Positions 1-9,023 of a stretch of 36,102 bases of DNA are shown here, in pieces. Below the pieces are notes generated by a model. The model was not told the DNA's origin. It was given only the letters and a program-made list of their open reading frames with translations, and searched no databases. The position numbers and the translations under genes are program-made. Source of the stretch: Candidatus Aenigmatarchaeota archaeon (GTDB lineage Archaea; Aenigmatarchaeota; Aenigmatarchaeia; QMZP01); the NCBI GenBank assembly GCA_030666115.1, contig DAOUYM010000001.1, positions 1-36,102 on the forward strand, in the 5' to 3' direction. How positions within the stretch are numbered: the first letter of the stretch is position 1; each line of letters opens with the position of its first letter.

Positions 1-3000
1 ATTGATGTCATTGCAGGTGAAGTTGATCTGGGTGAAGTTGATGTAGTTCCACGTGGAGCATTGGGTACAGTTTTTGGTTTCTATGTCTGTCCAGCCTGAT
101 CCTGTGTCTACCTGCAGGGTTATGTTCAGGTCGTCGTGTTCTCCTGTGGAGTCTTTGACCTGGACTGAGAAGTTCCAGTTCTCACCCCAGCCAGCAGCCA
201 CTCCAGATGATTTGTCCCTGGCTAGCATGTTCTTGAAGAGGGGTGGCCAGTTGACGTTTATGTTAACTGTCAGGTTCTCGGTTATGTTGTATTTGTAGCA
301 GGAGTCTGATGTGTCCACCTTTGCGTACCATGTTTGGTTTCCACCAGAGAAGTCCTGGTCAACATAGAAGGATACGTTGGCGAAACCTGTTTCGTTAGCG
401 TAGGATTGGTTAACGAACTGCATGTTGCCTAGTGAGTTGTTTACGTAGAATTTGACTAGTGGGTATTCGCCCGAGGAGAAATTCTTTGTCGTGTTATCCA
501 GATCATAGACTCTGACAACAAAAACAGCAGAGGCTCCTGGTGTTGCTACTGAGTTGTTGCCTGACCAGTAGGTGACATTTATGTCTGCTTTCTGGAGTTC
601 GAACGTGTCATCCTGACCGTAGTATTGTGAGAAACTATCAGTGTATATCTCATTACCCTCTGTATCATTGGCTCTGAGCCTGAACTTCATCCACTGGTCA
701 GCATAGCCTGAGCATGAATATATCTTACTGAAGTTCAGGGTGGTGTAGCCTTCTACATTATCACTACAGTTGGTACAGTTCTGCCATTCCACATCATACC
801 ACGACTGCCCTAGTATCTGTTCCTGCAGGGTGACATTGACATTGTCACCAAGATTATCAGCCACCCTTATGGAGAAATTATGAAGTATGTTCCATGAATC
901 CTGTCTTGGGGTGACGTTTGCTTCTGTGATAGATGGACTGGTTGTAAGGTAGAATATATTCTCTGCAACAGAACTGTTATCATAATAACCTGTGTAGTTA
1001 GACCACATTGTCACATTATAATAACCTGAAGGTGTGGTCTGGTCTGGATCCCATGTGCACTTGTATACGTTTGCACCAAGCCGTGTTATCGGTGTGCAGT
1101 TGGAGACATACCCTGTCGTTGATAAGTTGAAAGTTACTTCCGTGGTGGTATTAAGTGTGATGGGTTCTTCGCAGTAGTTCTCAACCGCGCCCTGTATCAA
1201 AACAGAATCCGCAGCTGTATAGTTATCAGTTCCGTCCGGAAGGTCTATTGTGTTGTAGAGGGTTCCTATGACAGTGAAATTCCAGGTATCTGATTGCTCA
1301 TCCTGACATAGATCAGGATCTTGTGTGGTTGTTATTATAGTATACCACTCGTGGTCCCCTACTTCATATTCTTCGTTAACGAGAGGTGTTGAAAGATTGT
1401 CGCATGTCGGGAAGAAGCTATAGTTCACTTCGCCAGAACCGTTCGTCGTTAATATCCTTCCGGAATCCCATGTTGCCCCTGCGCCAGAACCTACTTTGGT
1501 TATGTAAAGCGTAACATTATGTCCCGCACCAACCACGGTTCCATTACCGAATTTGACACGGACTCTCATTGTCAAATTGCTTGCTGTTGCGCTCCTGTTT
1601 GTTATTGTATTGTTTCCTGATAACACATCAAAAGTATAATTAAGATCTGGTTCACATGGCGCAGATAGTGTTATCGTTAGCGATGTTTTACCATCCAGAT
1701 CAACTGGAGCTGAATATGTTGTATAATCGGGTTTAGTGACGATTATAGTGAACGGTGAGTATGTCCTGTTTCCTGTATAGTTGTACTGGGTATGGGTGAC
1801 CTCCTGTCTTGGTATGATTCCTGAAGATGACGTATTTATATCAAAAATCTCAACTGAGTTGGTATCATTAAGCACGACTGTCGCATTCTCTATTGGTCCG
1901 CCGCTTGAATTCTGCACAGTGACATCCAGTGTATATTTCCTGAAGAAAGTCCCGTTGTCAGAGAACCAGGTGAAATTCCATACATCCGAAATTATGTTTA
2001 TGGTTGTTCCGTTGTATGATGTTGCAGAGAACCCGTATCCGTCCTCTGTGTTTATTTTCCTTTCTGCTACCGTGTTGTTTATTGCAGAATCATTGAGTAT
2101 GAAGTAAACGTAAGATGTGTATGTGGCACAATCATCAGTCACTGTCAATACGTCTGTAATATACTCCTCTCCCATTGACAGGTTTAACTGAACAGCCTGC
2201 ATGTAGTCGTATACCTGGCTTATGTTCTTGTCTTCTGAGATTGTTAAATTTCCGCTGTAAAAGTAGACTGGGGTGACGTTTGTTGTTTCATAACCATTGA
2301 TGAAGTATACGGTTCCGTTATGGTAATGGACATTATAATCGCTTTGTGAGACCTCTTCCATTGGGACAAGCCTTTCTGCACTTATTCCCTCGATATCAAG
2401 TATCCTGAAATGCTCTGACCGTGTTATCGGAACTCCTGAAAGCTGTATGCTGTCATCTGTCCCCACATCCGCTGCATCGGTCCAGTTCTCGAATTCATAA
2501 TGGGTCGGGGGATTATATGTTATTCCGGTCTGGCCGGCTGCATTTGATTCGTTAAGGTTCGTGCAGGGACTATCAAAAAGAACCATGTCCAGGCTGACCC
2601 TTTCCGTCAGATCGACCAGGCTCTCGAAGTATTTGTAACCATATTTCCTGTAATAGAATTCATGGGCAGAGTAGTTGGCCTTGGGCTGGGAAGCTGAATT
2701 CACCTGTATCTTTCTGAAATCAAGAACCTGCTCGTTAACTGTTCCGTTGGAATATGTGGTTTCGTTTACCTTTAATCTGCCCTGGATGTCCCTGGCAGCA
2801 ACAGTGACATTTTCAAGCGGATTGTTTGTAAGGTCCTTTATCTTAACATTATAGGAACTCTGTCTCATTATGTAGCTCTTGTTAGCATAGGCTCCTGCAC
2901 TCGTTGAACCGCAACTGCTGTAATGTATTATACTCTCGTCTATGTCCGAATCGACTGCAATGAGATAGTGGTATCCTCCCATCCTCACATCATAATCATT

Positions 3001-5877
3001 ATCGGTTCCTGTATATTCTCTCACAGCACCATCCGCGTAACATATCCTTATTCCTGCAGTGTTCTTCTGCAGACGTATTAACCTGAGGACTTCGGTTGGC
3101 TCACCACTCATCTCCATAGCATATCTGCAGTTGACTGCCTGATAGTCATACATACTTGTGCCGGCCGGGACATAGAGTATCGGGGCATTGCTGCCAGTCA
3201 CCGCAGTGTGTCCCTGGAAGGTGAACCTGTTGATGTCAACTGTTTGGGTTCCCTGTCCTCCACAACCGGCTCCTATACCGCTTGATGGCGAGCCCGCGTC
3301 TATATTATTTCTGTAACTGTTGGTCTCAAAGCTTGTGTATGAAGTGGCATAAAAATAGAGGTGGCTTGTATTGCCGTTGTCTGTGCAGCCTGTATCAAGC
3401 TCGTCATATGCACACATAGCAGCTGCATCGCATATCTGTGTGGTGACATATGTCTGTATTGTGCTGCCGGCCTCAGGGCCAGCGGGTGTGAGGTTTCCGA
3501 ACTGGAAATGGCCTCTTTCGCAAACGTATATGTAATTGTCAGTGTCCCCAGGCTGCCCGATCATTAAGACGTCGTTACTGGAGAAAATATATCCGTCATA
3601 GGGTTCCAAAGCGGAATTACATGTAGCAGTGGCGGCCCATAATCCGTGAAACATCGGGACTTTTAGAATATAGAGGTTCGTGTTCGCCGGGTGATCCATT
3701 CTGGCTGGGTTGGCAGCACTGTCATAGACATCCTCCATTGTGCACGGGCTTGATTGAGTACAACAGTTTCCTTCACTTCTTGATTGAATAACACTACTGG
3801 AGTACCTTATGCAATTAGGATAATCAGTATTTACCGCTGTTCCCTGCTCGTTCCCGAAGCTGAAATCCATTATGTGCTTGCCTTCGACAACTATCTCATG
3901 TATCACCTTTGCCACTTCATCACATTTCCAGCCGCTGTAAGTTATGGCATTATCATTCACCGCGGCGTTTAATTTCTCTTCACCGCAGTAAAGTCCCACA
4001 AACCTCATCTCACTGCTGGTTCCGTTTATATATCTCAGCTCAAGGTCATCTGTCCCCCTTGTGGTGAATCTTACTGTCCAGTTTTCTCCTGCATTGGGCA
4101 TATCGTGCTTGTCTATTATGTGGAGGTCCACTGTGGACGGGTCGATGAACCCGCTGGCTGTATCGACTGCATTCTCCCCTGTTACCATTTCCTTTATTAT
4201 TGAATACTCCGGATAGGTTATCTTGGTAAGGTTGAATCTGTTATCCCTTTCCACTCCAGACATATCAGACTCAAACAGGGCGCCATCCTCTATTACAAGG
4301 CTGTTCTCTGGTATTATGGAGAAAACCTTGAAGTAAGAATTATACATCTTTAGCTTTCCACCACTCTCAACAAACAGTGCGGAATTCTTCTTTCCCTCAT
4401 TCTCCACAGGCACGTTTGATATTATGGAAGACCCGAGTCCAGGACCATCAGCCGTTTGCTCCCCCATCTCGAGGGTGGCCATGTTCCTCACGATCCATGA
4501 CTTCTTGATGTCTATCTGCTCGTTCTTTGTCTCCAGCACAGTGTTTGTTAAACCGTCTCCTATCTCAACATTCGAGTCAACCACATAGTAATTGAATATT
4601 TTCCTCACGTTCCCCCATCCGTTTCTGGCATCCTCATCAAATATGTCCGCCATTGTACATGGGGCATCTTCTGTACACCTGTCTCCTCTTGAGGATATTA
4701 TTATGGTATCTGTTGATTCATCATAAACAATTGCCTGGGAATTCATGGACATTGCCAAAGACCCTCCTCCCGCAGAACTGCCCAGACCGGATGCTGGATT
4801 CTTTATTTCAATGTTCCTTGTGGCGTCTCCAAGCTCAGACTTAACCTCAACATATCCGAAGTATCCGCCTGGTGGCAGATTGAATGAGAAGGCATAGTCA
4901 CCATAAGATGTCATGGAAGAACTGTAAACCTTTTTATCGCGGGAGTCCACAATGACCACTGAAACATTGTAAAGGTGGTCTGAAGGACTTATGTTCCCTG
5001 TTACGGTTATCTTTCCATTATCAGTGAAATATCCAATATCTATGGTTTCTGGTACGCAAAGATAATATGGCATCACTTCCTCTTCTATTTTTCCATGATC
5101 GGTTTCTATTACTATATATCCACGCATGCTTCCGCACGCCACTACCCTGGCATCCCATGTGATAAAATTCATGCCCTCTTTCAAGACAATGTCCTTGACC
5201 GGATCGAATATCTCTGTTCCTTCCATCTCAACACTGATCTTGGATGGTGCATCAACGTTGCTTGATAGGGAAAATGAAAATTGGAAATTATCACCCACAG
5301 ATGTTTCTTCGTCATACCCGAAGGATATCACTCGAATATCTGCTTCTTCCTCGCTTATTGAGGGACGTATAGAGAAAGATGCATGCTCAGTCATCGGATT
5401 CAGGTGCTGATCTCCCAGAAATATTGCAGATAACACATAATCTCCTGGCAACAAATCGGAAAGCCCGAACGCTAGTTTCCTCTGGCCGAACTCGTCTGTA
5501 TAGCCGCCCTCAATAAAATCGTTGCCCAGATAGAACTCTATTCTACTGTTTTCGATCGGACTTCCATCATCCATGGACAATGTAACTGTTATCTCGATGG
5601 TATCGTTGGTGTAATATAATAGCTCATTTCCTTTTATGTCAATATAAGAATTAGCCCACACTTCAATTGGTTTGGATACCTCAATGGTATGTATCGATCC
5701 GTTGGTTCCGTTCTGGAAATCATCTAAAGGCAGAATGAGGTTTCCTGTCAGGTTCGTCGTGTTGGTCGCGTTCTGCGCGATAACTGCGCCTGACACAAGA
5801 ACCATAAATAGTAGAGCGATCAGTATTTCTGTCTGTCCAAGACTCGACTTCATTCGCTTTCCCTTGCTTCTGCTCAT
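1..5877 (-). CDS. Giant secreted/cell-surface protein (adhesin- or S-layer-like). N-terminus is complete and the C-terminus runs off the left window edge, leaving 1959 codons in the window.
   Basis: Hand translation of the reverse strand from ATG 5877..5875 gives MSRSKGKRMKSSLGQTEILIALLFMVLVSGAVIAQNATNTTNLTGNLILPLDDFQNGTNGS... and stays open to nt 1 (5877 = 3 x 1959). The ORF track has no minus-strand entry at all in 1-5878, as expected if it only reports ORFs closed by an in-window stop. The N-terminus has a basic n-region and a hydrophobic h-region. There are many N-x-S/T sequons, beta-sandwich-like segments, and an internal repeat at the window edge. Confidence 0.85.
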   Translation of the reverse strand, partial: MSRSKGKRMKSSLGQTEILIALLFMVLVSGAVIAQNATNTTNLTGNLILPLDDFQNGTNGSIHTIEVSKPIEVWANSYIDIKGNELLYYTNDTIEITVTLSMDDGSPIENSRIEFYLGNDFIEGGYTDEFGQRKLAFGLSDLLPGDYVLSAIFLGDQHLNPMTEHASFSIRPSISEEEADIRVISFGYDEETSVGDNFQFSFSLSSNVDAPSKISVEMEGTEIFDPVKDIVLKEGMNFITWDARVVACGSMRGYIVIETDHGKIEEEVMPYYLCVPETIDIGYFTDNGKITVTGNISPSDHLYNVSVVIVDSRDKKVYSSSMTSYGDYAFSFNLPPGGYFGYVEVKSELGDATRNIEIKNPASGLGSSAGGGSLAMSMNSQAIVYDESTDTIIISSRGDRCTEDAPCTMADIFDEDARNGWGNVRKIFNYYVVDSNVEIGDGLTNTVLETKNEQIDIKKSWIVRNMATLEMGEQTADGPGLGSSIISNVPVENEGKKNSALFVESGGKLKMYNSYFKVFSIIPENSLVIEDGALFESDMSGVERDNRFNLTKITYPEYSIIKEMVTGENAVDTASGFIDPSTVDLHIIDKHDMPNAGENWTVRFTTRGTDDLELRYINGTSSEMRFVGLYCGEEKLNAAVNDNAITYSGWKCDEVAKVIHEIVVEGKHIMDFSFGNEQGTAVNTDYPNCIRYSSSVIQSRSEGNCCTQSSPCTMEDVYDSAANPARMDHPANTNLYILKVPMFHGLWAATATCNSALEPYDGYIFSSNDVLMIGQPGDTDNYIYVCERGHFQFGNLTPAGPEAGSTIQTYVTTQICDAAAMCAYDELDTGCTDNGNTSHLYFYATSYTSFETNSYRNNIDAGSPSSGIGAGCGGQGTQTVDINRFTFQGHTAVTGSNAPILYVPAGTSMYDYQAVNCRYAMEMSGEPTEVLRLIRLQKNTAGIRICYADGAVREYTGTDNDYDVRMGGYHYLIAVDSDIDESIIHYSSCGSTSAGAYANKSYIMRQSSYNVKIKDLTNNPLENVTVAARDIQGRLKVNETTYSNGTVNEQVLDFRKIQVNSASQPKANYSAHEFYYRKYGYKYFESLVDLTERVSLDMVLFDSPCTNLNESNAAGQTGITYNPPTHYEFENWTDAADVGTDDSIQLSGVPITRSEHFRILDIEGISAERLVPMEEVSQSDYNVHYHNGTVYFINGYETTNVTPVYFYSGNLTISEDKNISQVYDYMQAVQLNLSMGEEYITDVLTVTDDCATYTSYVYFILNDSAINNTVAERKINTEDGYGFSATSYNGTTINIISDVWNFTWFSDNGTFFRKYTLDVTVQNSSGGPIENATVVLNDTNSVEIFDINTSSSGIIPRQEVTHTQYNYTGNRTYSPFTIIVTKPDYTTYSAPVDLDGKTSLTITLSAPCEPDLNYTFDVLSGNNTITNRSATASNLTMRVRVKFGNGTVVGAGHNVTLYITKVGSGAGATWDSGRILTTNGSGEVNYSFFPTCDNLSTPLVNEEYEVGDHEWYTIITTTQDPDLCQDEQSDTWNFTVIGTLYNTIDLPDGTDNYTAADSVLIQGAVENYCEEPITLNTTTEVTFNLSTTGYVSNCTPITRLGANVYKCTWDPDQTTPSGYYNVTMWSNYTGYYDNSSVAENIFYLTTSPSITEANVTPRQDSWNILHNFSIRVADNLGDNVNVTLQEQILGQSWYDVEWQNCTNCSDNVEGYTTLNFSKIYSCSGYADQWMKFRLRANDTEGNEIYTDSFSQYYGQDDTFELQKADINVTYWSGNNSVATPGASAVFVVRVYDLDNTTKNFSSGEYPLVKFYVNNSLGNMQFVNQSYANETGFANVSFYVDQDFSGGNQTWYAKVDTSDSCYKYNITENLTVNINVNWPPLFKNMLARDKSSGVAAGWGENWNFSVQVKDSTGEHDDLNITLQVDTGSGWTDIETKNCTQCSTWNYINFTQINFTCNDIN

Positions 5878-5878
5878 T

Positions 5879-6631
5879 TTACTCAACATACGTCACTCTC
5901 GCCCTTATCTCACTCAGGCCCAGACTAGAGGAAATGGGAACGGTAGCTGTTACAGTGGTATGGCAGGAGGTACCAGGAGCCACTTCTTCACAATAAGTGC
6001 TACCGCTCCCTGTTAACATCACAAAATCATCAGGTAGTATCAACCCAACCTCAACATTGCTGACTGAAACAGAACCCACGTTAATCGCATACGCACTTAT
6101 CTCAACCGTATCTCTCCATGTCACTCTATCAGGAGCCGTTATCCCAACATCCAGAATCGGGGAAGTGGGTTCTGTGGGCTCTGGATCAACAAGCTCTGGT
6201 CCAGTGGGTTCGGTTGGTTCAATGGTTTCGTTGGTTTCATTGAATCCAGAATTAGTCTGGTTTATATCTGTCTGGTTGGTTTCTGTTTCGTTGGTGTCGG
6301 TTTCATTAACAGTCTGGTTCCACTCGTCAGGAATCGTCACGTTCAATGGAGGGTCTGGGAACGTCTGGTTGGTTTGGTTTGTTTCTGTGGTGGTGTTTAT
6401 CGTGGTGTTTGTGTCGTTCCCCACTATCTCGATTATTTCGGTGGAAAGGTCGGGCAGGTTGATCAGGTCGCCTGTTATGTTTGTCTGGTTTATGCTGGAG
6501 TTCTGGGCTATTATCATGGTTGTGGGTATGAGAAGAAGGAACAGAAATATGGCTAGGATTTGAACCTGCCCCAACTTCTCTCGGCCTTTAGCTAAGGCCT
6601 TCTCTTTAGAAATTAGATATTTAGCGCGCAT
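5879..6631 (-). CDS. Small exported sequon-rich protein with a C-terminal CARDB-like beta-sandwich, co-transcribed upstream of the giant gene
   Basis: This is ORF-track entry 5879..6646, but its first codon there is TTG. I prefer ATG 6631 (MRAKYLISKEK...). It has a signal/anchor ILAIFLFLLLIPTTMIIA and an N/T/Q/E low-complexity stretch (NDTNTTINTTTETNQTNQT...NETDTNETETNQTDINQTN). An EPTEPTGPELVDPEPTEPTSP linker leads to a domain reading APDRVTWRDTVEISAYAINVGSVSVSNVEVGL. The stop TAA at 5881..5879 lies 1 nt before the giant gene ATG at 5877. Confidence 0.75.
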   Translation of the reverse strand: MRAKYLISKEKALAKGREKLGQVQILAIFLFLLLIPTTMIIAQNSSINQTNITGDLINLPDLSTEIIEIVGNDTNTTINTTTETNQTNQTFPDPPLNVTIPDEWNQTVNETDTNETETNQTDINQTNSGFNETNETIEPTEPTGPELVDPEPTEPTSPILDVGITAPDRVTWRDTVEISAYAINVGSVSVSNVEVGLILPDDFVMLTGSGSTYCEEVAPGTSCHTTVTATVPISSSLGLSEIRARVTYVE

Positions 6632-6643
6632 AGGGTATACCCA

Positions 6644-6653
6644 CAATAAAGAA
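6644..6653 (-). promoter_or_regulatory. Candidate TATA box for the surface-protein operon
   Basis: The minus strand reads TTCTTTATTG about 15-20 nt upstream of ATG 6631, which would give a leaderless or near-leaderless transcript. Confidence 0.35.
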
Positions 6654-6702
6654 TCAGTGTGTCGAAGTATATGATATCATTACATAGTTAACCAAGCGAT
6701 AC

Positions 6703-6710
6703 CTTTAAAT
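6703..6710 (+). promoter_or_regulatory. Candidate TATA box for the wHTH gene at 6733
   Basis: CTTTAAAT ends 23 nt before ATG 6733, the spacing typical of leaderless archaeal mRNAs. Confidence 0.4.
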
Positions 6711-6732
6711 TGTCGATCGACAAAAGAATAAT

Positions 6733-7200
6733 ATGTCTATATTGAGAAGGGGAACCAGCAGGAAGAAGAAGGAAATGATGGATTCCCTGCTTATTCTGAA
6801 GAATAAACTCCACAAGGAAAGAATAAAGATCAGCAAAGGCGAGGATGTCAAAACTCCCTGGATGGAACAGAAGATGGATGACATTCTCTTCCGGTTGAGG
6901 GAGATGGAGAAGAAAATGGAGGGCATGAAAAGGGAGAGGATACACGAATTCCTGGATTACGAGAAGCTCGCCACCAGGAGTCAGCAGGTGGGTGGAGACA
7001 GTATTAGAACCCTCAAGGTCAAGGGAATAATAAAATCCCTGCTCGGGGAGCACAAGAAGTTGACTACCTCCCAATTGAGCAAACTTGTCAATCTTTCCAG
7101 AACAAGATGTAGCGAATACATGAACGAGATGGAGAGAGTTGGAAGTGTTAATGCAACGACAGTCCGACGCCAGAAGTTCTACGAGCTCGTTGGGAAGTGA
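6733..7200 (+). CDS. Coiled-coil plus C-terminal winged-helix DNA-binding protein (putative transcription regulator)
   Basis: The N-terminal half is charged with heptad-like spacing (KNKLHKERIKISKGEDVKTPWMEQKMDDILFRLREMEKKMEGMKRER). The C-terminus LTTSQLSKLVNLSRTRCSEYMNEMERVGSVNATTVRRQKFYEL fits an HTH-plus-wing pattern. The gene is divergent from the surface-protein operon. Confidence 0.65.
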   Translation: MSILRRGTSRKKKEMMDSLLILKNKLHKERIKISKGEDVKTPWMEQKMDDILFRLREMEKKMEGMKRERIHEFLDYEKLATRSQQVGGDSIRTLKVKGIIKSLLGEHKKLTTSQLSKLVNLSRTRCSEYMNEMERVGSVNATTVRRQKFYELVGK

Positions 7201-7302
7201 AACAATTTATTGGAAACCGATATCATGGTAATGTGTCAGTTTCCGTCGATAGGTTGAAAACGCCACAAATAAGCTTTTATATTAAATCTGCAAATTATTC
7301 AC

Positions 7303-7758
7303 ATGCTTAAGAAACTAGTCATAGTCCTGGTGTTGCTGGGGTTCGTATTGTCAGCAACCAGCTACATGACAGGGTTCGTAACATTCGGTGGGTTTGAGAA
7401 TCCATTCTATGCGATTTCTGGTGACATGACGGTGAGCATGTCAATCATCACAGACACCGAAGTCTACCACTCCGGTGAGTACATGGAAGCCAGGATATCC
7501 ACAGCATCTAACAGGGATCTGGATTCAGTAATAATCAAGTTCTATGGCATACAGAACAAGGTAGGTAGTTACGAGGTAAACAAGGAGCAGATAGTTGAAA
7601 TAAAGGCACCAGGAGAAGAGACAGTATTCCTGGTTGTAATGCCAAGATGTTACGGTTGCGCTGGCATGGAATCAGGAGAGTATGAACTAACAGCAGAACT
7701 GATATACAACAACGAGATCATTGCGAGCACCACCAAGACAGTCGAGTTAGTTAAGTAG
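7303..7758 (+). CDS. Small exported or membrane-anchored protein of unknown function
   Basis: ATG start with a TTTTATATTA TATA-like element at 7276-7285. N-terminal signal/anchor is MLKKLVIVLVLLGFVLSATS. The rest looks like a beta-rich domain with a CYGC pair. Confidence 0.6.
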   Translation: MLKKLVIVLVLLGFVLSATSYMTGFVTFGGFENPFYAISGDMTVSMSIITDTEVYHSGEYMEARISTASNRDLDSVIIKFYGIQNKVGSYEVNKEQIVEIKAPGEETVFLVVMPRCYGCAGMESGEYELTAELIYNNEIIASTTKTVELVK

Positions 7759-7778
7759 TATAAGTGGTGTAGAAGCAA

Positions 7779-8525
7779 TTATCCGCCGAATATTCTTTTC
7801 AGCCTTGGGAATCTTGGCGGGATGTGTTCCTGGCCTATCATGTTGGCAGCAATCTTCCTAAAAGCCAGCGAGGCCGGAGAGTATGGTTTGTGCTTGACGA
7901 TCGGAGACTTCTCGAACATGCTTCTCTTTACATTTTTGTCTTCTGGTACAGTCCCTATTACAGGAACATCACACATTCCTTCAATCTCCTTCGGTTTCAG
8001 TTCGTACTTGTCCCTGACCCTGTTCAGTACTATTCCCATAGGTTCCTTACCCATTTCCCTTGCCACTTTTATCACCTTGAGCGCATCAGTCACTGCAGGT
8101 ATTTCGGGGTTCGTTACCACCAGAATTTCATCTGAAGCCTTTAAGACCAGCAGTCCGTCATCCCTGAGTCCTGGCGGGGAGTCTATGAGTATGAGTCCAC
8201 GGAGATCATTCAGCAGGGATTTCAGGCGGTAGGGTGTGGGAACCTTGTTCAGGTAATTGAGTGAAATTGAGGCAGGAATGACCTTTAGTCCTGATGGGTG
8301 TGTGTATATCGCATTCGTTATAGGAACATTTCCCTCCAGCACGTCCTGCAACCCCAAAGGGAACTGGTAGAAACCCAGCTGAAGGCCCAGGTTGGAGGTG
8401 GACAGGTCAGCATCCACGACGATGACGTCCTTCTCGAACTCTATAAGAGACAATCCGACGTTAGTTACGAATGTGGTCTTACCAACGCCTCCCTTTCCAG
8501 AAACAATCCCTATGGTTTTTTCCAT
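7779..8525 (-). CDS. minD: MinD/ParA-family P-loop ATPase (archaeal MinD-like)
   Basis: Deviant Walker A SGKGGVGKTT sits at the N-terminus, with VVDADL and LILIDSPPG motifs. The C-terminal tail PRFPRLKRIFGG is basic and hydrophobic. A TATA-like TTTATATTTTAAAG (minus strand) lies about 20 nt upstream of ATG 8525. Confidence 0.9.
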   Translation of the reverse strand: MEKTIGIVSGKGGVGKTTFVTNVGLSLIEFEKDVIVVDADLSTSNLGLQLGFYQFPLGLQDVLEGNVPITNAIYTHPSGLKVIPASISLNYLNKVPTPYRLKSLLNDLRGLILIDSPPGLRDDGLLVLKASDEILVVTNPEIPAVTDALKVIKVAREMGKEPMGIVLNRVRDKYELKPKEIEGMCDVPVIGTVPEDKNVKRSMFEKSPIVKHKPYSPASLAFRKIAANMIGQEHIPPRFPRLKRIFGG

Positions 8526-8598
8526 GCACTAAATTTGTCTTTAAAATATAAATGTTTGTGGATCCGGTTTTTGGATCGATTTGTGGCTCTCTCTGGCC

Positions 8599-9009
8599 TT
8601 ATTCAGCGATTTCCCACTTCAATCCGTAGTTTATCAGGCCATCGCTTCCGTCTTCGTGTATTTTTCTGAAGACCGTCCTTACCTGCTTCCCTGTCCTTAC
8701 CTTTGTTATGTTCCCTACTACCTGGCCAGAAACCCTGGCGCCCTCTTCGAGGTCTATCACAGCAACAGCATAAGGCGCGTATTTCTCAAACCCTTCTGGT
8801 GGAACCCTTACTATCGTGTAGGAGACTATCCTTCCATTGCCATTGAACTGCATATCTTCTATGCTTCCCCTTCTCCTGCAGACGGGACAGAGGTTTTTCT
8901 TGGGAAAGAACACCTCTTTGCAGGTCGTGCACCTGCTTCCTATCAATCGGTATTTGGAGTCCTTCAGTCTCCAGAACAATGGAACAGATGATTTATGTGG
9001 CATACGCAT
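8599..9009 (-). CDS. DUF35 zinc-ribbon/OB-fold protein (scaffold subunit of the archaeal thiolase/HMG-CoA synthase complex)
   Basis: It has a four-Cys ribbon CTTCKEVFFPKKNLCPVCRRRG followed by an OB-like half. It starts 14 nt downstream of the thiolase stop, in the conserved HMGCS-thiolase-DUF35 order. Confidence 0.85.
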   Translation of the reverse strand: MRMPHKSSVPLFWRLKDSKYRLIGSRCTTCKEVFFPKKNLCPVCRRRGSIEDMQFNGNGRIVSYTIVRVPPEGFEKYAPYAVAVIDLEEGARVSGQVVGNITKVRTGKQVRTVFRKIHEDGSDGLINYGLKWEIAE

Positions 9010-9023
9010 CTCCCTATCTCCGT

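Noticed and set aside
5775-5877. Class III (prepilin-type) signal on the giant protein and its small neighbour, based on the shared LGQ just before the hydrophobic helix
   Set aside because: The residue at -2 is Leu rather than Lys or Arg. Both h-regions end in good SPI-type sites (IIA-QN and VIA-QN). Ordinary Sec signal peptides with long basic n-regions are the simpler reading.
53-6016. Eight short plus-strand ORFs (60-114 aa) scattered over 1-6016
   Set aside because: All lie antisense to the continuous 1959-codon minus-strand frame. None has a recognisable motif or promoter/SD context.
5997-6563. Plus-strand ORFs of 188 and 60 aa opposite the sequon-rich small surface gene
   Set aside because: They are antisense to N/T/Q/E-repeat coding sequence. 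The minus-strand frame has a signal peptide and operon coupling to the giant gene.
7213-7245. Inverted repeat GGAAAC...GTTTCC downstream of the wHTH gene, as a possible terminator
   Set aside because: It has only a 6-bp stem with a 21-nt loop and no following T-run, so it is not distinguishable from chance.
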